A DNA stretch of 64,000 nt, taken from the NCBI GenBank assembly GCA_015521205.1, contig WAOQ01000005.1:1701-65700 (forward strand), in the 5' to 3' direction. Under the pieces are notes generated by a model. It was not told the origin of the DNA. It was given only the letters and a program-made list of their open reading frames with translations, and did not search any database. The position numbers and the translations under genes were made by a program. The first letter of the stretch is position 1. Each line of letters opens with the position of its first letter. This stretch comes from Desulfurococcales archaeon (lineage in GTDB: Archaea > Thermoproteota > Thermoprotei_A > Sulfolobales > Acidilobaceae). Of this stretch, positions 54,202-64,000 are shown piece by piece.

Positions 54202-55008
54202 ATGACTGTGTTTCGAAGCACGGGGTTCCCAAGGGCCATGCCAGAACTCCTACTGGTGATCGGTAATAGAGATGCATTTAACGAGGTTTCCAGACAACTG
54301 AAAATATCTAGACAATACCCTGTCCACGGATTCATAGAGCTTAAGATCGCCGAACATTCCGGTAAAGAAATAGCACTAGTCAGTGCACCTCAACTTCCAC
54401 AAATAACTGCATCTATAATAGAAGAGTCGGCCATAGCGGGGTCTCGAACCGTAATTAAGATCGGAACAGCATACTCGGTCTCTCATTCGTTATCAATAGG
54501 AGAAATCTTAGTGCCCAAAGCTGCTGTTAGGTTAGAACGGGTCTCCGATTTCTTTGCACCCGTAGAGCTACCCGCTCTACCAGATTATGACCTGTATACG
54601 AGAATGATTAATGACATAGGCTCCATAGAGATCAAGCCAACCCAACAAACACTTAGCTACAAGAAACCCCACGGCAGCCCCCAAGTAACCTCGGGAATCG
54701 TGGCTTCCATCTCATATATGTCATCGAAGTATATCAACTCTAATAACAAGATATCCGAAATCATTAAACATCCAGCTGTAGTAGCCGTTGACTCAGATAC
54801 CGCTACATTGTTTGCATCCGCATATGAGAAACCCGTAAAAACTGTATCTATCCTGTTAGTAGAGGGTAGATTGAGCGATATCGACCCGTTGAAACTCGTC
54901 CAAGAAGAAGAGTGGAAGAAAAAATATGCTCTCATGAAAAACATACTTACCCAGGTTACATTAAGAATTATCGAGTCATTAGCCGGAGAGGATAAGGGTG
55001 AAAAATAA
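54202..55008 (+). CDS. nucleoside phosphorylase family (PNP/UDP_1-like) protein
   Basis: The overall pattern (LLLVIGNRD...EIALVSAPQLPQITASIIEESAIAGSRTVIKIGTAYS...GEILVPKAAVRLE) resembles PNP/MTAP/UDP type-1 phosphorylases. Substrate unknown. Confidence 0.5.
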   Translation: MTVFRSTGFPRAMPELLLVIGNRDAFNEVSRQLKISRQYPVHGFIELKIAEHSGKEIALVSAPQLPQITASIIEESAIAGSRTVIKIGTAYSVSHSLSIGEILVPKAAVRLERVSDFFAPVELPALPDYDLYTRMINDIGSIEIKPTQQTLSYKKPHGSPQVTSGIVASISYMSSKYINSNNKISEIIKHPAVVAVDSDTATLFASAYEKPVKTVSILLVEGRLSDIDPLKLVQEEEWKKKYALMKNILTQVTLRIIESLAGEDKGEK

Positions 55009-55196
55009 TGGAAGACGCTGTTACAGTGGCTGATAGAGTTTATGCAAGACTAGAATACCTCGAAACAAGGATAACTAGATTGGCTAGCGAGCTAGAAAAT
55101 GAGATAAAACCTGGCCAGCTCATGGCTATCTATTCTCTTATAGGTGATATGAAGGAAGATCTTATGCGGCTGCGTTTTATTTTAATAGAGAAATAA
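55008..55196 (+). CDS. small coiled-coil protein, unknown function
   Basis: 62-aa ORF whose ATG overlaps the upstream TAA (ATAATGG), which suggests translational coupling. Confidence 0.4.
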   Translation: MEDAVTVADRVYARLEYLETRITRLASELENEIKPGQLMAIYSLIGDMKEDLMRLRFILIEK

Positions 55197-55307
55197 AAAT
55201 GTATATACACAATGTTTATAACAAAAAGACATATAGATACTATCATAGCAGAAATAATTCCTCGACACATAAACCGTACATCTCCTCATATTCTAGAGGT
55301 GAAAAAC

Positions 55308-55862
55308 ATGGCTAGAAGAAATGTTGAACTAATAGAAAAAAGAGGTATAGACGTGGAAAAACTGCTCGATATGCTGATAAGAGCAGCCGCAGCAGAGTTC
55401 ACAACATATTACTACTACACCATATTGAGAATGCACACAACCGGGCTCGAGGGAGAAAGCATCAAAGAAATAGTCGAAGACGCACGAATAGAAGACAGAA
55501 ACCACTTTGAAGCACTAGCAGTAAGAATCTACGAGTTAGGCGGCGAGCTTCCCAACGACATCAAAGAGTTCGCAGACCTGGCAGCGTGCCCCGACGCCAA
55601 GCTACCAGAAAATCCTACCATAGAGAACTTGCTCAAAGTACTTCTTGAGGCGGAGAGATGTGCAGTAGGAGTTTACACTGAGATACTTGATTATGTGCAC
55701 GGCAAGGACTACCGAACACAAGATCTAGCATTAGCTATACTCCATGAGGAAGTCGAGCATGAAGCATGGTTCGAAGAACTATTAACCGGTAAACCCAGCG
55801 GTCATTTCAGGCGTAGAGCTCCGGGTGAGAGTCCTTTCATAGCTAAGTTCCTGAAAGCCTAA
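55308..55862 (+). CDS. DPS-like (DPSL) ferritin-superfamily protein
   Basis: Four-helix-bundle di-iron ligand pattern ([11 protein letters not shown]...EDRNHFEAL...[11 protein letters not shown]...[11 protein letters not shown]), as in Sulfolobus DPSL. ATG at 55308 follows GGTGA. The track ORF starts at 55212. Confidence 0.75.
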   Translation: MARRNVELIEKRGIDVEKLLDMLIRAAAAEFTTYYYYTILRMHTTGLEGESIKEIVEDARIEDRNHFEALAVRIYELGGELPNDIKEFADLAACPDAKLPENPTIENLLKVLLEAERCAVGVYTEILDYVHGKDYRTQDLALAILHEEVEHEAWFEELLTGKPSGHFRRRAPGESPFIAKFLKA

Positions 55863-55901
55863 CACCAAACAACCTTCTTTTTTCCTAAAATCCGTTTCGG
55901 G

Positions 55902-56180
55902 GTGGTAAAATCGCGTTTAGTCATTTACAAATCTGACAGGCCCTATCAGGCAGACGTATATGGTGTTAGTGTAACTTTCTGTGGTTGCGGACTTACAGAG
56001 ACACCGCCATTTTGTAGTGGAAGACATATAAAAACAGTGCATGAAAAACAGGATAAGATATACGTATACGACTCTAAAGGAGTTCTCCTAGGGCCGGTAA
56101 AACACATCGTCCTAGAAAACGGAGAAATAGTAAAACCTGAAGATATCTATATGGTTTCTAAGGCTACCGAAAGGGAATAA
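55902..56180 (+). CDS. CDGSH-type iron-sulfur domain protein (variant motif)
   Basis: CGCGLTETPPFCSGRH fits C-x-C-x2-(S/T)-x3-P-x-C-D-G-(S/A/T)-H, with D changed to S and S changed to R. GTG start. Confidence 0.6.
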   Translation: MVKSRLVIYKSDRPYQADVYGVSVTFCGCGLTETPPFCSGRHIKTVHEKQDKIYVYDSKGVLLGPVKHIVLENGEIVKPEDIYMVSKATERE

Positions 56181-56196
56181 GAGTATTGTAGACAAG

Positions 56197-57561
56197 TTAT
56201 TCGGTATCTTCAGCTTTATCGACTACAAGGAATAAGCCTTTTTGCTCTATTACTACGATCTTCTCACCTTTCTTAATCAACCTTTTTGAAGTCGCTTTCC
56301 AGTATTCTCCATCTACCACCACGAAACCTTCGTTTCCAGGCTCGATATCGGTCGAAGCTCTCCCTGTCTTCCCAACTACCTTCCATTCAAACCTAGTTTT
56401 TCTCCTTATCCTGAGTACCTTATAGATTATGAAGGCGAATATAAGAGCCAATACGATACCAACTGCATATGCTATGAAGAGCATCGTATTAGCATACGAT
56501 TGTGTAATTCCAAACTCGCCTGACGTAGGTATTAGTATGAGGCCCAGTACCAACATCACTATCCCTGTCCCACCAATTATTCCGAAACCCGGAGTAAAAA
56601 CTTCTATACCAAGCAACAATGCGCCGAGGAGAAGAAGTATCAATGCTGTGGTGCTAATACTGTATCCTGAACCTAGGAGCCCTAGTAATAATAAAAGAGC
56701 ACCCAACCCCAACGAGTGCAGATGCCCAGATAATATAGCAAATATTATGATAAGCATACCTATGGATAACAGGAGTCCTGAAAGCGTGGGATCAGACAAA
56801 GTGTGAGCTATATAATATCGTAGACCGGGCTGATAACGAGTTATTGTAAAATCGAGAGGAACACTTATCTTCACTATCCATCCAGAAGGTAATTCTATCG
56901 TTGTCCCATTAACTTGTCTTACCAGGTCATTGGCATCGGTTGCTATGTATTCTATAACATTGTATTTCAAAGCTTCTTGAGGACCTAAATTCAGGTTTTC
57001 AGTAACAAATAAGTGCAAAGCTGTTTTATTTCTCCCCTTCGATGCGGCGTGCTCGTCCAAGAACTTGAGTATGGGATTAATTATCTTGCTATCATTTACT
57101 GGTTCGTAAGAACCGGAAACCGGGTCATAAGCTATGGGCTGCATTGAGCCAATCTGCGTGTAAGGTTGCATGGACGCTATGTGTGTTGAGACCAGTATTA
57201 GGGTTCCCGCGCTTTCTGCCCACTTGTCGACAACTAGTCCTGCAACGGGAATGCTGGCTTTATCAATAGCGATCACTATTTCCATGGCCGAGTCAAGCAA
57301 TCCTCCTGGAGTATTCAATTCTATGATTAAAAGCGCATTTTGTTCCTCAGCATAACGTATGGCGCTTTTCACATAGTCTAGTGTAGCATCGTCGATTATC
57401 CCTTCAACACGTATTACAACAGCCTTATCTACTAATTTCATATTCTCCCTATACACGGTATTCGTGGATGGTGGTTCTTGGGCAGCACTTATGGTTATCT
57501 GAGTTAAAATGATTAATAATAGAAAAAGTGGTATCAGTAATGTTTTCGACTCTCCATTCAA
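56197..57561 (-). CDS. NfeD-family membrane-bound ClpP-class serine protease (stomatin operon partner)
   Basis: Signal/TM segment, then ClpP-like domain ([16 protein letters not shown]...[18 protein letters not shown]), a polytopic middle, and a C-terminal NfeD OB domain ([14 protein letters not shown]). It overlaps the stomatin gene by 4 nt. Confidence 0.85.
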   Translation of the reverse strand: MNGESKTLLIPLFLLLIILTQITISAAQEPPSTNTVYRENMKLVDKAVVIRVEGIIDDATLDYVKSAIRYAEEQNALLIIELNTPGGLLDSAMEIVIAIDKASIPVAGLVVDKWAESAGTLILVSTHIASMQPYTQIGSMQPIAYDPVSGSYEPVNDSKIINPILKFLDEHAASKGRNKTALHLFVTENLNLGPQEALKYNVIEYIATDANDLVRQVNGTTIELPSGWIVKISVPLDFTITRYQPGLRYYIAHTLSDPTLSGLLLSIGMLIIIFAILSGHLHSLGLGALLLLLGLLGSGYSISTTALILLLLGALLLGIEVFTPGFGIIGGTGIVMLVLGLILIPTSGEFGITQSYANTMLFIAYAVGIVLALIFAFIIYKVLRIRRKTRFEWKVVGKTGRASTDIEPGNEGFVVVDGEYWKATSKRLIKKGEKIVVIEQKGLFLVVDKAEDTE

Positions 57562-58355
57562 CCCATAGCACCCTTTCTTTGCATAACGCCAAGGGATGCT
57601 GAAAGCGCGTCAAGCGAAGATATGTACTGAGGTGTTACCACGATTAAGTTCTTCTCCTTAGCTATCTCAAAAAGAGTTTGAAGCTCTCTAAGCCTCAAGG
57701 CGACCGGGTGTTTCGAATAATAATCTGCCGCCTCGGCCATTATCGCCGCCGCCTGTCTCTCACCCTCCGCCTCAATTATCTTAGCCCTTCTCCACCTCTC
57801 TGCCTCAGCCTGCTTGGCCATTGCTCTAAGCATTGATTCGGGTAGCTTAACCTCCTTGATTGTAACCTGTGTTACTTTGATCCCCCAAGGATCGGTTAAC
57901 TCGTCCAAAATCTTTTGTAGTTCTATATTGATCTTCTCACGATTAGTTAGCAGATCATCTAGGTCGACCTGTCCTATCACGTCTCTTAGCGTGGTCTGTG
58001 CTAGCATTAATACTGCATAGTTGTAATTCTCTATTTTTAGTACGGCCGAAACGGGATCCATTACTTTATAATAAACTACAGCGTCGACACCTACGGTTAC
58101 GTTATCTTTCGTAATAATCTTCTGCTCTGGAACATCAACGACCGTTATCCTAAGATCGACCTTTACCATCTTATCTATGAATGGTACAATGAAAAATAGC
58201 CCCGGTCCTTTTGCGCCGACTATGCGTCCAAGACGGAAAATTACTGCACGTTCGTATTCCTTTACTATTTTGATAGCACTTGCGAGGAATGCTAATACAA
58301 TGAGTGTCGCGAATAAGAGTGCCACATCATATGCTCCTGCTGCTTCGCCGGCCAT
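57558..58355 (-). CDS. stomatin/prohibitin-family (SPFH, band 7) protein
   Basis: N-terminal TM segment, then [17 protein letters not shown]...[13 protein letters not shown]...[18 protein letters not shown]. Confidence 0.9.
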   Translation of the reverse strand: MAGEAAGAYDVALLFATLIVLAFLASAIKIVKEYERAVIFRLGRIVGAKGPGLFFIVPFIDKMVKVDLRITVVDVPEQKIITKDNVTVGVDAVVYYKVMDPVSAVLKIENYNYAVLMLAQTTLRDVIGQVDLDDLLTNREKINIELQKILDELTDPWGIKVTQVTIKEVKLPESMLRAMAKQAEAERWRRAKIIEAEGERQAAAIMAEAADYYSKHPVALRLRELQTLFEIAKEKNLIVVTPQYISSLDALSASLGVMQRKGAMG

Positions 58356-58453
58356 AGGTCATCCTCCAGTCTGTTTCCTAATTTGATTGTAACAGTGTAG
58401 AACACATAAATAGGCATCGTTAAGTCTTATTTTTGTAGTTATGTTCTACCTAA

Positions 58454-58921
58454 TTAGTCTATATCCATGTATTCGTCTAGTTTTTTCACAGGTTGTGTTA
58501 ACGTGTTGAGCTCGTCGATCGTTAATCCCTTCAACATGTTAACAGGTGTTATCTTGTAGTTGCCTTTTTTGGTGTTCTCGATAGTTTCTACTGGGAGGAA
58601 ACGCCAGTCGGTTTTGTCCACTATCTTGACCGCTATAAAGGCTCTTCCCTTGGCGCGTCTCGCGAATTCTTTTAGTCTTTCGATTTTTTCTTTTTCTAGA
58701 TATATGGTAGTTCGTTTCCATCTAACCTTTATTTCGAAAGCAAAGATATGCCCATTCTTTAATGCTATCAGATCTGGTTGTACGATCTCCGAAGAACCGC
58801 CCCCGCTACCCGGACCTCTTACCACTGCAAATCCTTTGGACCATAATTTACGTGCTAGAACACGTTCGTAGTGAAATCCTTTGCTTCGAGCGCTTCTCTT
58901 AGCCTTTCTTCTGTCCACCAT
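58454..58921 (-). CDS. hjc: Holliday junction resolvase Hjc
   Basis: SKGFHYERVLARKLWSKGFAVVRGPGSGG...PDLIALKNGHIFAFEIK (the archaeal Hjc E-x-K nuclease core). Confidence 0.8.
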   Translation of the reverse strand: MVDRRKAKRSARSKGFHYERVLARKLWSKGFAVVRGPGSGGGSSEIVQPDLIALKNGHIFAFEIKVRWKRTTIYLEKEKIERLKEFARRAKGRAFIAVKIVDKTDWRFLPVETIENTKKGNYKITPVNMLKGLTIDELNTLTQPVKKLDEYMDID

Positions 58922-58937
58922 CGTCCCCCGTCTCTCA

Positions 58938-60557
58938 CTATATCAATGACACGTTTAGATCGTATCCGTGTTTTTCAACCATTTTCCTTATCCTCTTGAT
59001 CTTCTTAGGTAATCCTTTTTGGCTTGTACGTGGTATCCGCAAAAACACCCTCGACCCCCGGAACTCTATATCCGCCTCTGGCATAAGTTTGGATATGTAA
59101 GCCGTTATCTTAGCCTCTATGCCACTAGTATCCCTCCTCCGTCTAACGGGTACGACCATTGTTTGTTCGCCGAATGTATAGATCTCATATTCTAACTCGC
59201 CTGTAAGGTAATCTCTAACCTCAACCACAGGTCTTGATAGATCAGCTTCTCTCAGCCCGGAGGGGAGTTTAACCGTCATGCGCAACTCATAAACTTTACC
59301 TACCATACCTCTGTCTATGAAGATTACCGTGTCAATTATGCTAGGTATCATGCCTAGCTCAACACGTTTTAAGAAACGTTGAACTGCATCGATGGGCGTA
59401 GTGGCGTGGGTCACACCTATCATTCCGATACCTGCCAACCGTAAGTCAACGTATAACTTAAAGTCCTCATCGTTTCGTAGCTCGTCAAACACAGTATAGT
59501 CAGGACGGCTTAGTAAAAGTATATCGTGAAGCTCCCCGACAGTAGCATAGCTTTTTGAATATTGTGTTATTCTTGGGGAAAGCCTCATGTCTCGGGGTGA
59601 CTCTATTGTTTTGACTATCTTGCCCTGTGACATATAATATTCGGCTAAAGCCTGGGCAAACGTTGTTTTACCCATGCCTGGAGCGCCTGCTATCAATACA
59701 CCTTCTGCTTTTGCATTAAAACGCTCGATCAGTTTGGGATGTAAATTATAGTCGTACAGGCTGAGTTTGACTAGGGGACGTACTATCGTAATTTCCCAAC
59801 CCTCGCTTAGAGGAGGCCTAGTTATTACTGTCCTATAATCCTTATACTGGACTATTGTCGAGCCTTCCCTGTCTATTTCTATAAAGGAGTTGGGATCCGC
59901 TGCCGCCGCTTCGATTAATTGTCTTGCATACTCTTCGATCTCCACTCTTTCTAAGGGGGTATCGGTTAGTTCGACAAACCTCCAATCTCCCGGATGTCCC
60001 TTCTTAGCTATAGGTGGTACGCCTTCTTTGAGATGAATGCTCATCGTCTCCTTGTCGAAGAATTTTAGTGCTACCGGTTCCTCTGACTTCTCGCCAGAAA
60101 GGTTAACAGCTCTGAGTCCAAGTGATTTAGCAGCTAGAAACTCGTATTGATCGCTTGCTACGAAAACTGCTCCAGTACCGCGGGCCAGTTGGCGGGAATA
60201 CAGATTTACCAGATCCGGCGTTAAGTCGAGGTTATAGCGATATCCTTCTGAGGAGAAGTTTATCTCGATGATACCTTTATCTGCAAGGTTGTTCAATTCG
60301 CTTAACTCTTTCAAACCTGCAATAGCTCTGCTACTTCCTTTCCTGGCTTCCCGTGTTAGATGTTCAATTACGACTATGTGAATAATGACGAGAGAGCCTG
60401 GTCTATCACGGAGAAATCGCTGGAGTTTACCACTTATTATCGACTCCAAGTCAGGTACGTATGCGTCTCGTTTCACACCCACTATTTCATGTTGCATAGT
60501 TCTCAACCCGTCCTTTACACTACTCAGCCATATCTCCCTAGTTTTTAACCTTCCCAA
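58938..60557 (-). CDS. PIN-domain / PilT-like ATPase / KH-domain protein (COG1855-type)
   Basis: Walker A IAGAPGMGKTTFAQALA, an N-terminal PIN-like region and a C-terminal KH-like region. The start could be the internal MQHEIVG (60497). Confidence 0.75.
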   Translation of the reverse strand: MGRLKTREIWLSSVKDGLRTMQHEIVGVKRDAYVPDLESIISGKLQRFLRDRPGSLVIIHIVVIEHLTREARKGSSRAIAGLKELSELNNLADKGIIEINFSSEGYRYNLDLTPDLVNLYSRQLARGTGAVFVASDQYEFLAAKSLGLRAVNLSGEKSEEPVALKFFDKETMSIHLKEGVPPIAKKGHPGDWRFVELTDTPLERVEIEEYARQLIEAAAADPNSFIEIDREGSTIVQYKDYRTVITRPPLSEGWEITIVRPLVKLSLYDYNLHPKLIERFNAKAEGVLIAGAPGMGKTTFAQALAEYYMSQGKIVKTIESPRDMRLSPRITQYSKSYATVGELHDILLLSRPDYTVFDELRNDEDFKLYVDLRLAGIGMIGVTHATTPIDAVQRFLKRVELGMIPSIIDTVIFIDRGMVGKVYELRMTVKLPSGLREADLSRPVVEVRDYLTGELEYEIYTFGEQTMVVPVRRRRDTSGIEAKITAYISKLMPEADIEFRGSRVFLRIPRTSQKGLPKKIKRIRKMVEKHGYDLNVSLI

Positions 60558-60576
60558 CCAGCGATTATATTTTAGA

Positions 60577-61437
60577 GTGGGGTGTCGGCCGTTGGAAGGT
60601 TACGATATACTAATACGTGGTTCGTTACTGTTACTCGATAAAACCAGATTCATCAAGAATGCATATATCTATATAAAGAATGGGGTTATAGAAGATTATG
60701 GTGAAGAGCCTGTACCCCAAGATTATGAATACGCAACATTGGTTCTGGGGGGCGAAAACAGGGTTATAGCACCAGCATACGGGATACCTTACACCGATGC
60801 TTTACTGTATCACATCCATCCGGCTGAGCGGGGAACCTTTGAGAAGCGTATAAAGCTTATCGAAAAAACGGATCGGGAAACCCTACTACAATCACTGTAC
60901 ACCGTACTTTACGAATTAAGCCTGCATGGCGTGGCAGTTGTGGGTGTAGAAACTATCGAGCCAAGCATTGTGCTAGAAGCAGCTAAAACGAGTAAAGTAA
61001 AAATTGTGCCTATCGGGTGTAAATCCGGGAGATGTATAGCCGTTTCGAGGATAGAACCATCAGTTGAATACGATGAACATAGAATTTATATCGATAAGCT
61101 AGAAGAACTAATGATTTATAGAAACCATATAGCTCCCATGTTTACTAAACGTTTCTCCTATAGCGTTTGTGCCCTGAAACCGTTAGAGCTGTTCTCTGCA
61201 ACCCAGACAGCGTATGCTTTAGAGGGGATGAAATGGGGTATCACAAAGAACACTCCAGCCATGATAACTGTATACAACTTCAATGACCTCCCCCTCTACC
61301 GGGCTGGGCTGGTCGATCTCTTTGACCTCATAAGAACTTGTAAGCGCGTCGAAACGCTAATTGCAGGACAGGAGATAATTGTTGACGGTGGTGAACATTT
61401 AACGATTGGTAAAAGATTAGTTAAGGATGGGGGATGA
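60577..61437 (+). CDS. amidohydrolase-fold-related hypothetical protein (metal ligands not evident)
   Basis: The N-terminus (YDILIRGSLLLLDKTRFIKNAYIYIKNGVIEDYG) resembles the composite domain of amidohydrolases, but no HxH motif is seen. The track ORF (from 60385) overlaps the ATPase gene; the GTG at 60577 or the TTG at 60592 is likelier. Confidence 0.4.
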   Translation: MGCRPLEGYDILIRGSLLLLDKTRFIKNAYIYIKNGVIEDYGEEPVPQDYEYATLVLGGENRVIAPAYGIPYTDALLYHIHPAERGTFEKRIKLIEKTDRETLLQSLYTVLYELSLHGVAVVGVETIEPSIVLEAAKTSKVKIVPIGCKSGRCIAVSRIEPSVEYDEHRIYIDKLEELMIYRNHIAPMFTKRFSYSVCALKPLELFSATQTAYALEGMKWGITKNTPAMITVYNFNDLPLYRAGLVDLFDLIRTCKRVETLIAGQEIIVDGGEHLTIGKRLVKDGG

Positions 61438-61512
61438 CGTAGATGGGTGTGCTAAACCGTCCATTGTTCCCGGCGGACGGCAATGCTGACGCCCTCGATC
61501 TCCGACCCCAGC

Positions 61513-62694
61513 CTAGCTGATAACGTATCTCTTAATTGGCGCCTTTTTTACAAGGATCTCAGCTAGCTGCCTCGCCTTTAGCAACTCTTTCTCATACGTT
61601 CTGGGATTCGGCTTTGGTGTGGGGCGTCTTCTACGTTGGGCACAAAACTCTCGTTGATGTGATACGATATCATAGACACCTATCTCTGCGGCTTTTCTTA
61701 CTATATCGTCTTTGTCGAATCCTATCAGAGGACGTAAGACGGGGAGCGGTAGATTGGCTCCTATCATTAAAAGGCTTTGTGCTGTTTGAGAAGAGACCTG
61801 GGCAAGGCTTTCACCGGTTCCAATATTATGGTATCCGTTGCTTAGGGCGTACCGGGCCGCGTGTTCCAACATAAACCTACGAAGTATCAACGTAGCATAT
61901 GACGGGTTTAGCTGAGATGCTAGTTTCTCTGACACCGCGTGGAACCATACCCTGATAAGGGATAGGCTGTAAGCTCCCATTACGTAGTGGTTATAGAGGT
62001 TCTCCGCTGCTTGTTTTGCTATTTCGAAGTTTTCTTCATCACCGATATCATAATAGATTAGATCTACTTTGGCTCCCCGATGTAATATGTACCACGAAGC
62101 TACTGTAGAATCAAAGCCGCCACTAAATAACACAAGAGACTTACCGCTAGAACCTATTGGCAAACCACCTGGCCCGTGGATGATCATATCGTATACATAG
62201 AGTTCTTCTCCCCGTACTTCTACCCATAGAGTATAATCGGGATCCTCCAGGTTAACATTGAGGTCAGGTCTACGTTCCAGTACTTTAGCGCCTGCAATTC
62301 TTTCAACATCCTTACTAGTAAAATCGTGTTTACCTATCCGACGAGCTCTTATCCTGAAACTCGCCCCTTTTATCCTATGAATGAATTCGTCTATTATTGT
62401 TTCTAGAGTGGCTTCAAGGTTTGGTTCGAGTAGATAGACACGGGAAGGGGAGATGCTTTTCAGGCCAAACACGCGTTTTAGTATAGTAGTTGCATTTATC
62501 ATTTCTTCCTTTTTAACTGTCTTTACATATATCCTACCTGGTGCTGCTTCTATTACATGCTCGATGCCTTCTCGTTCTAACGCTATCCGTATGTTATTTT
62601 TCAAGTTCCAAGTCATAGTACTTCTAGCATGTCTACCTTTAACTGCTATCTCCGAGTATCGTATTATCAGTACATCCCACTCCATCTTCTCCAT
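61513..62694 (-). CDS. thiI: tRNA 4-thiouridine sulfurtransferase ThiI (ferredoxin-like + THUMP + PP-loop)
   Basis: PP-loop LFSGGFDSTVASW, and an N-terminal THUMP-type region (IRYSEIAVKGRHARS...FRIRARRIGKHDFTSKD). Confidence 0.85.
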   Translation of the reverse strand: MEKMEWDVLIIRYSEIAVKGRHARSTMTWNLKNNIRIALEREGIEHVIEAAPGRIYVKTVKKEEMINATTILKRVFGLKSISPSRVYLLEPNLEATLETIIDEFIHRIKGASFRIRARRIGKHDFTSKDVERIAGAKVLERRPDLNVNLEDPDYTLWVEVRGEELYVYDMIIHGPGGLPIGSSGKSLVLFSGGFDSTVASWYILHRGAKVDLIYYDIGDEENFEIAKQAAENLYNHYVMGAYSLSLIRVWFHAVSEKLASQLNPSYATLILRRFMLEHAARYALSNGYHNIGTGESLAQVSSQTAQSLLMIGANLPLPVLRPLIGFDKDDIVRKAAEIGVYDIVSHQREFCAQRRRRPTPKPNPRTYEKELLKARQLAEILVKKAPIKRYVIS

Positions 62695-62843
62695 CCTCTA
62701 AACATCAATTAAGGTTCCATGCTTCCAAGCATCTTTAAGTACCAACATGTAGATGGCCGGGTTTGAATAGTTCATAAATCTAATAGGAGCCCCGGTTTCC
62801 AAACTAACAGTGGAAACTGGTTCGCGGTTGGTGAGCATCTGAG

Positions 62844-63308
62844 ATGAAGGATGCGGTACTACTAAAATGGTGGAAAGGATATGTAAGACTTGGAGTAGAC
62901 GATGGAGACATAGTTATTTCTGGGCGAGACTGGGAAGTAGCGTTTTCCAATAGAGAGATATACCTCGATGTGCCAAAAATAACTATTTCTGAATACCCTT
63001 TAGGCTCGCAGAAACGTCCTAGTGGAAAATCGGTAATCAATAGGTTTGATAACCGCTTACGTGGTGACCATCCAAAAGAAGATGGTCGAATTAGAATTTC
63101 GTCTCTATGGAAGGACGTTCTTTCGTCTTTTGAGATAAGATATACTCCTCTAGATCCAGTGGAATGGTTAGTAACCGTGGTACCACTTTATAGTAAAGTG
63201 TGGGATTACGCTATCGTCTCCAGCCAACTCCTTCTATTTAAAACAATTACTAGAAGAAAGATCTTTTTCCACAAACATGGCAAAGTACATACTATCTATT
63301 TAATATAA
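62844..63308 (+). CDS. hypothetical protein
   Basis: 154-aa ORF. No family recognised. The A+T-rich 3' end makes it less certain. Confidence 0.35.
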   Translation: MKDAVLLKWWKGYVRLGVDDGDIVISGRDWEVAFSNREIYLDVPKITISEYPLGSQKRPSGKSVINRFDNRLRGDHPKEDGRIRISSLWKDVLSSFEIRYTPLDPVEWLVTVVPLYSKVWDYAIVSSQLLLFKTITRRKIFFHKHGKVHTIYLI

Positions 63309-63334
63309 AAATATAATTATTTAGGTGGTGAATA

Positions 63335-64000
63335 ATGAAAATATCGATAAATAATATTGAGAGAATATCGAAACTTTTGAAAGACCTAATCCGAAAAACA
63401 CCTACTGATGACTTTACGGATCCTAGGTATTATCCCCCGAAGGGAGCCGACAAGAGTGTTTTGGCGTCATATTTTATCGTACTTGTAGCTATGGATCATA
63501 GATTAAGTAGGCCAGGTAGACCATATGAGGCAAGGATAAATGGTAAGCTATACCATGGAGCCGATCTTCTTTATAGGTTAGGAATGAGAATGTTAGAAGA
63601 GGAACCCGACTTTTTCGATGCTCAACGCTTGGCTAGTATGTCTAAAGAGGACGTGGAACGATGGTTATCGCCTAAGGAGTTTAATGTGCCTAAACCTGTG
63701 GATTTAGAGTTGAGGATGAAGTTATTGCGAGATTTGGGCGAAAAGATATGTAGACTATACGATTGCGAGCCCTATAATATAATACTTAGATCCCGTGGAC
63801 GCTTACGTGATACTGGCTCGGGATTTATAGAACGGATGAAGGTGTTCACCGCTTATCAGGACCCCGTAGAAAAGAAGGCGTTTCTATTGGCAAAATTTTT
63901 GGAACGGCGGCGTGTGTTAGATATAGTTGATCCGTGGAATAAAGAGGTTCCGGTCGATAACCACGTTACAAGACTCGCCCTAAGATGGCGTATTGTGGAG
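63335..64000 (+). CDS. partial CDS (runs off the window end): HhH-glycosylase-like / AGOG- or DUF2419-like protein
   Basis: Hand-translated from the ATG at 63335 (after GGTGGTGA): MKISINNIERISKLLKDLIRK...EVPVDNHVTRLALRWRIVE, open for 222 codons. The PVDxHVxRL motif recalls HhH-type base-excision enzymes. Not in the ORF track because it has no stop. Confidence 0.5.
   Translation, partial: MKISINNIERISKLLKDLIRKTPTDDFTDPRYYPPKGADKSVLASYFIVLVAMDHRLSRPGRPYEARINGKLYHGADLLYRLGMRMLEEEPDFFDAQRLASMSKEDVERWLSPKEFNVPKPVDLELRMKLLRDLGEKICRLYDCEPYNIILRSRGRLRDTGSGFIERMKVFTAYQDPVEKKAFLLAKFLERRRVLDIVDPWNKEVPVDNHVTRLALRWRIVE

Noticed and set aside
60385-60576. 5' part of the 350-aa plus-strand ORF
   Set aside because: It overlaps the N-terminal coding region of the PIN/ATPase/KH gene on the other strand. 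The protein-like sequence begins only after about 60577. The 5' extensions of the metG ORF (6679-6795), the S3 ORF (36048-36152), the DPSL ORF (55212-55307) and the ahcY ORF (50738-50761) are rejected for the same reason.
62725-62830. Short dyads upstream of thiI (ATGCTT-CC-AAGCAT, and CCGGTTTCCA...TGGAAACTGG)
   Set aside because: The arms are only 6-9 bp with a mismatch, there is no second copy elsewhere in the window, and such dyads are expected by chance in 150 nt. I noted them but they are too weak to call a regulatory site.

Overview
This 64-kb window looks like chromosomal DNA from a hyperthermophilic crenarchaeon, probably Desulfurococcales (Desulfurococcus, Thermosphaera or Staphylothermus-like). 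This is an inference from gene content and was not checked against any database. The supporting content is an archaeal S19-to-L15 ribosomal-protein cluster (with eS4, eL32, eL19 and the RNase P subunit Rpp29), a candidate Rpo13, an Elf1 homologue, Hjc, GGGP synthase, Sec61-beta, three tRNA genes with encoded CCA (one with a non-canonical intron), and a roughly 1500-aa tetrabrachion-like S-layer protein. Coding density is high and most genes are housekeeping: thrC-thrB, metG, ileS, PCNA, split metE, ahcY, speH, thiI, a stomatin/NfeD pair and an ABC importer. I saw no CRISPR array, IS element, integrase or rRNA.

The parts that ordinary annotation does not explain well are:
1. The giant S-layer gene, whose stalk is built from 33-bp (11-residue) repeats. 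Almost every repeat carries an N-glycosylation sequon, and the region contains a perfect 89-bp duplication.
2. A locally G+T-rich block at 16.9-20.4 kb. It encodes a single-chain RHH-UPF0175-PIN-like protein, an overlapping mini-VWA protein, and a PUA / PP-loop (PAPS-reductase-like) / 2x[4Fe-4S] enzyme. Next to it are an Lhr helicase and an orphan membrane-anchored HerA-like ATPase.
3. A MoxR AAA+ / VWA pair directly upstream of the ribosomal cluster.
4. A GC-rich, heavily base-paired 150-nt intergenic element with mutually exclusive helices, lying upstream of a small Cys-rich protein.

All functional calls come from motif recognition by eye and remembered family features. No similarity search, RNA folding or statistics could be run. 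Start codons are often ambiguous because GTG and TTG starts are common here.
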